DNA from: Anthoceros angustus
Taxonomy: Eukaryota > Plantae > Anthocerotophyta
Reading direction: 5' to 3'
Assembly: GCA_010909165.1 (NCBI GenBank)
Contig: MU008168.1
Coordinates: 1,302,001-1,366,000 of the forward strand
Length of the DNA: 64,000 bases
Shown here one piece after another: positions 62,031-64,000 of the stretch; within the stretch, counting starts at the first letter, position 1; each line of letters begins with the position of its first letter. Under the pieces are notes generated by a model. The model was not told the origin of the DNA and ran no database searches. It worked only from the letters and a program-made list of their open reading frames with translations. The translations under genes and the position numbers were made by a program.

Positions 62031-64000
62031 TAGGAATCAAGACTATTACGATAAATTTCTTCAACTCACCTTGGACATGCCCGCAGCGAAGAGCGAGAAG
62101 ATCGAGCAGTTCATCGACGGCACGAAGAATGATCTCGGTGGCGTGAATCAAACGGATCAAACACAGGCGATGCAATGAGAACCGCTATCAACTACGGTAG
62201 CAATAAATACAAGCATCTCAACAGAGGCGTCAAAGCCGAGATGGGGTCGGTGGCGGTGTGAAGAAGCCCGTATTCAAGATTCTCACGAAGAGAAAAAAAT
62301 ACCGAGAAAACTTGTGTTTTCACGCACTTCTGAGACCACGGATCCGGGCTTGCCACATAGGAAGGAGTTCATCGCTGGCTTAAGGAAGCAGGTAAGTCTA
62401 CTCGTACTCTCCGGACAGACTTCCAATGTCAAGTGGTCACTCGGTCACCATAGAAGAGGTATGAGCATAGCTCCGGCGATGTCTCGAAGTTGTGCCATGG
62501 TAACAAGCTGGGTGTAACTGGATCATGTGCCAATCAAGTTGTTAGTGAGGTGAATGGAGAAAGCCACTAGTTTGCTAGACTCGGTGCTAGTCACCACTAT
62601 GTCTCATTAAAGTGAAAGCGAGGTTAGTCATCTGGGACAGGACACATCCTTGTATGACCACGGATGGGCGAGACAAGCAAGGTGTACATCTGCGAAGTTG
62701 CTTCCCGGTGGTTACACGGAGGTCCACAGTTCTGATGCCAACCATGCCATGACATGATCATTGGCAAACCTTGGCTAGCCAAACACTCCAATGGATTGGA
62801 GATAGATCGGTCAAGTAATGTAGTTAATGAACCTCAACCAAGAACAAGACGTGATGAAAGGGACAACACGCCCCCGACAAACACTTGTTTGCCGTGGTCG
62901 GCTCTTAGTAAAGCTACCGCCCACCAAGTTCCTGTATGTAGCGCCTCAAAAGGTTCTCCCTTTAGAAGGAACAATGAGTCACGTACGCCAAGCTGTGGAA
63001 GATGAGGCACTTACCGAGATGAAGGACCACAAGTGAGTATGAGGACGTTGCAACACCCACAGGATCGCCACCCCGAGAGCTATCGACCACTGCATCGAAT
63101 TAGTACCGTCATAAGCCGTGAGCATACCACCACCGGCCTCCGTGACCAAAAAAGTGAGGAGACTGCCGTTGACGACTTACAGCAAGGGTTCATCCGGCCT
63201 CCCCTTCGTGCATTGTTGGTGGAAACCAGATGGAGGTCAAGGCCTATGTATCGACTACGTGGGTTTAAACCGAGCCATTAGAAACGTGTACCGTATGCCA
63301 CGACAGACGAAATATTAGACCAAATGGGGCCGAGATTTTACTAAGGTGGATCTCAAGGCCCGGCCCATCGATTCGAATCAGAAGGGATGAATATAAACGC
63401 TGCTCAGACGAGACATGGGCACTTGAGTTCATCGTGATGCCCTTTGGCCTCACAAATGCACCACCCACCTTTCAAGGTCTCGATGCAGAATCTCGCGCCT
63501 CCTCCGCGTACCGAGGTTTTCCTCGATGACATCCTAATATACACGTCTGATCCTGCAAGCCATTATGAGTTGGTTAGGAAGGTGTTTGATCTTCTACGCA
63601 AGAACAAGCTCCTGGCAAAACGCAGCAAATGTGTATTTATGAAGGAGGAATGTGAATACATGGGCCATCCGATCACAGATGGTATCAAGGTGGACACAAA
63701 AATCAAAGCGATATCGGAGTGAAGCCTCAGATATCACACAAGGGTTCCTGGGCATATCCGCTTCTACCGGAGATTTATCGTGATTATACAAGATTGTCGC
63801 CCATTGACGGACGCCTCCGCCTAACTGCCAAAGAAAGAGCTTCTTAGGGACTTGTAGCAAGACAAGCTTTTCGAGGCCCTCAAGGAGGCTCAGTACAAAG
63901 ACTGATTAGCAAAGGCCAATCCAAAGTTATTCACAACACCGATGCTTTGGACTTCGCCATGGGGGCGATTCTCCTGTGAGGGCAAGGTCATTGCCTATGA
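62031..64000 (+). pseudogene. Mirror copy of Gypsy gag C-terminus, protease, RT and start of RNase H
   Basis: QDYYDKFLQLTLDMP...QFIDG; FLDDILIY at about 63520; DASDFAM/IAYE at the window end. Confidence 0.9.

Larger units (their letters stand above)
14132..64000. repeat. Giant inverted repeat (fold-back): left arm from 14132 or earlier to about 38250, spacer about 130 bp, right arm about 38380 to 64000 or beyond
   Basis: The last 50 nt of the window are the reverse complement of 14132-14185; all TE junctions and TSDs recur in mirror order; several ORFs are identical on opposite strands (e.g. 14271+ vs 63594-, 23403+ vs 54293-). Confidence 0.97.

Overview
Eukaryotic, plant-like (about 50% GC) transposon-dominated window with frameshifts and small indels throughout, so much of it reads like unpolished long-read sequence. 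No rRNA, tRNA or CRISPR found. (1) 1-9.9 kb: a cluster of four F-box paralogues: one open copy running off the left edge, two convergent frameshifted copies forming a 2.4-kb inverted duplication, and one 5' fragment. They carry a copy-number-variable acidic 13-aa repeat ahead of the F-box. (2) 10.2-38.4 kb: a nest of five transposons whose internal junctions I could resolve. A Ty1/Copia element is split by a Ty3/Gypsy chromovirus (12102-37295, TSD TAATA, tRNA-iMet PBS, PPT). The Gypsy carries a 2.37-kb TIR element (about 8-bp TSD) and a 7-kb CACTA element (TSD GCT) in gag. It also carries a 10.1-kb Sola-like (probably Sola2) DDD transposon (GGG termini, 4-bp TSD CAAT) inserted 5 bp from the end of its 5' LTR. 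(3) Everything from about 38.38 kb to the window end is a reverse-complement copy of 14.1-38.25 kb, a fold-back palindrome with arms of at least 24 kb. The same insertions and junctions recur, and the right arm has one extra 1.23-kb tandem duplication. This is most likely a sequencing, amplification or assembly chimera, but a real fold-back inversion is not excluded. Coordinates were read by eye, and family assignments rest on remembered motifs, not database searches.
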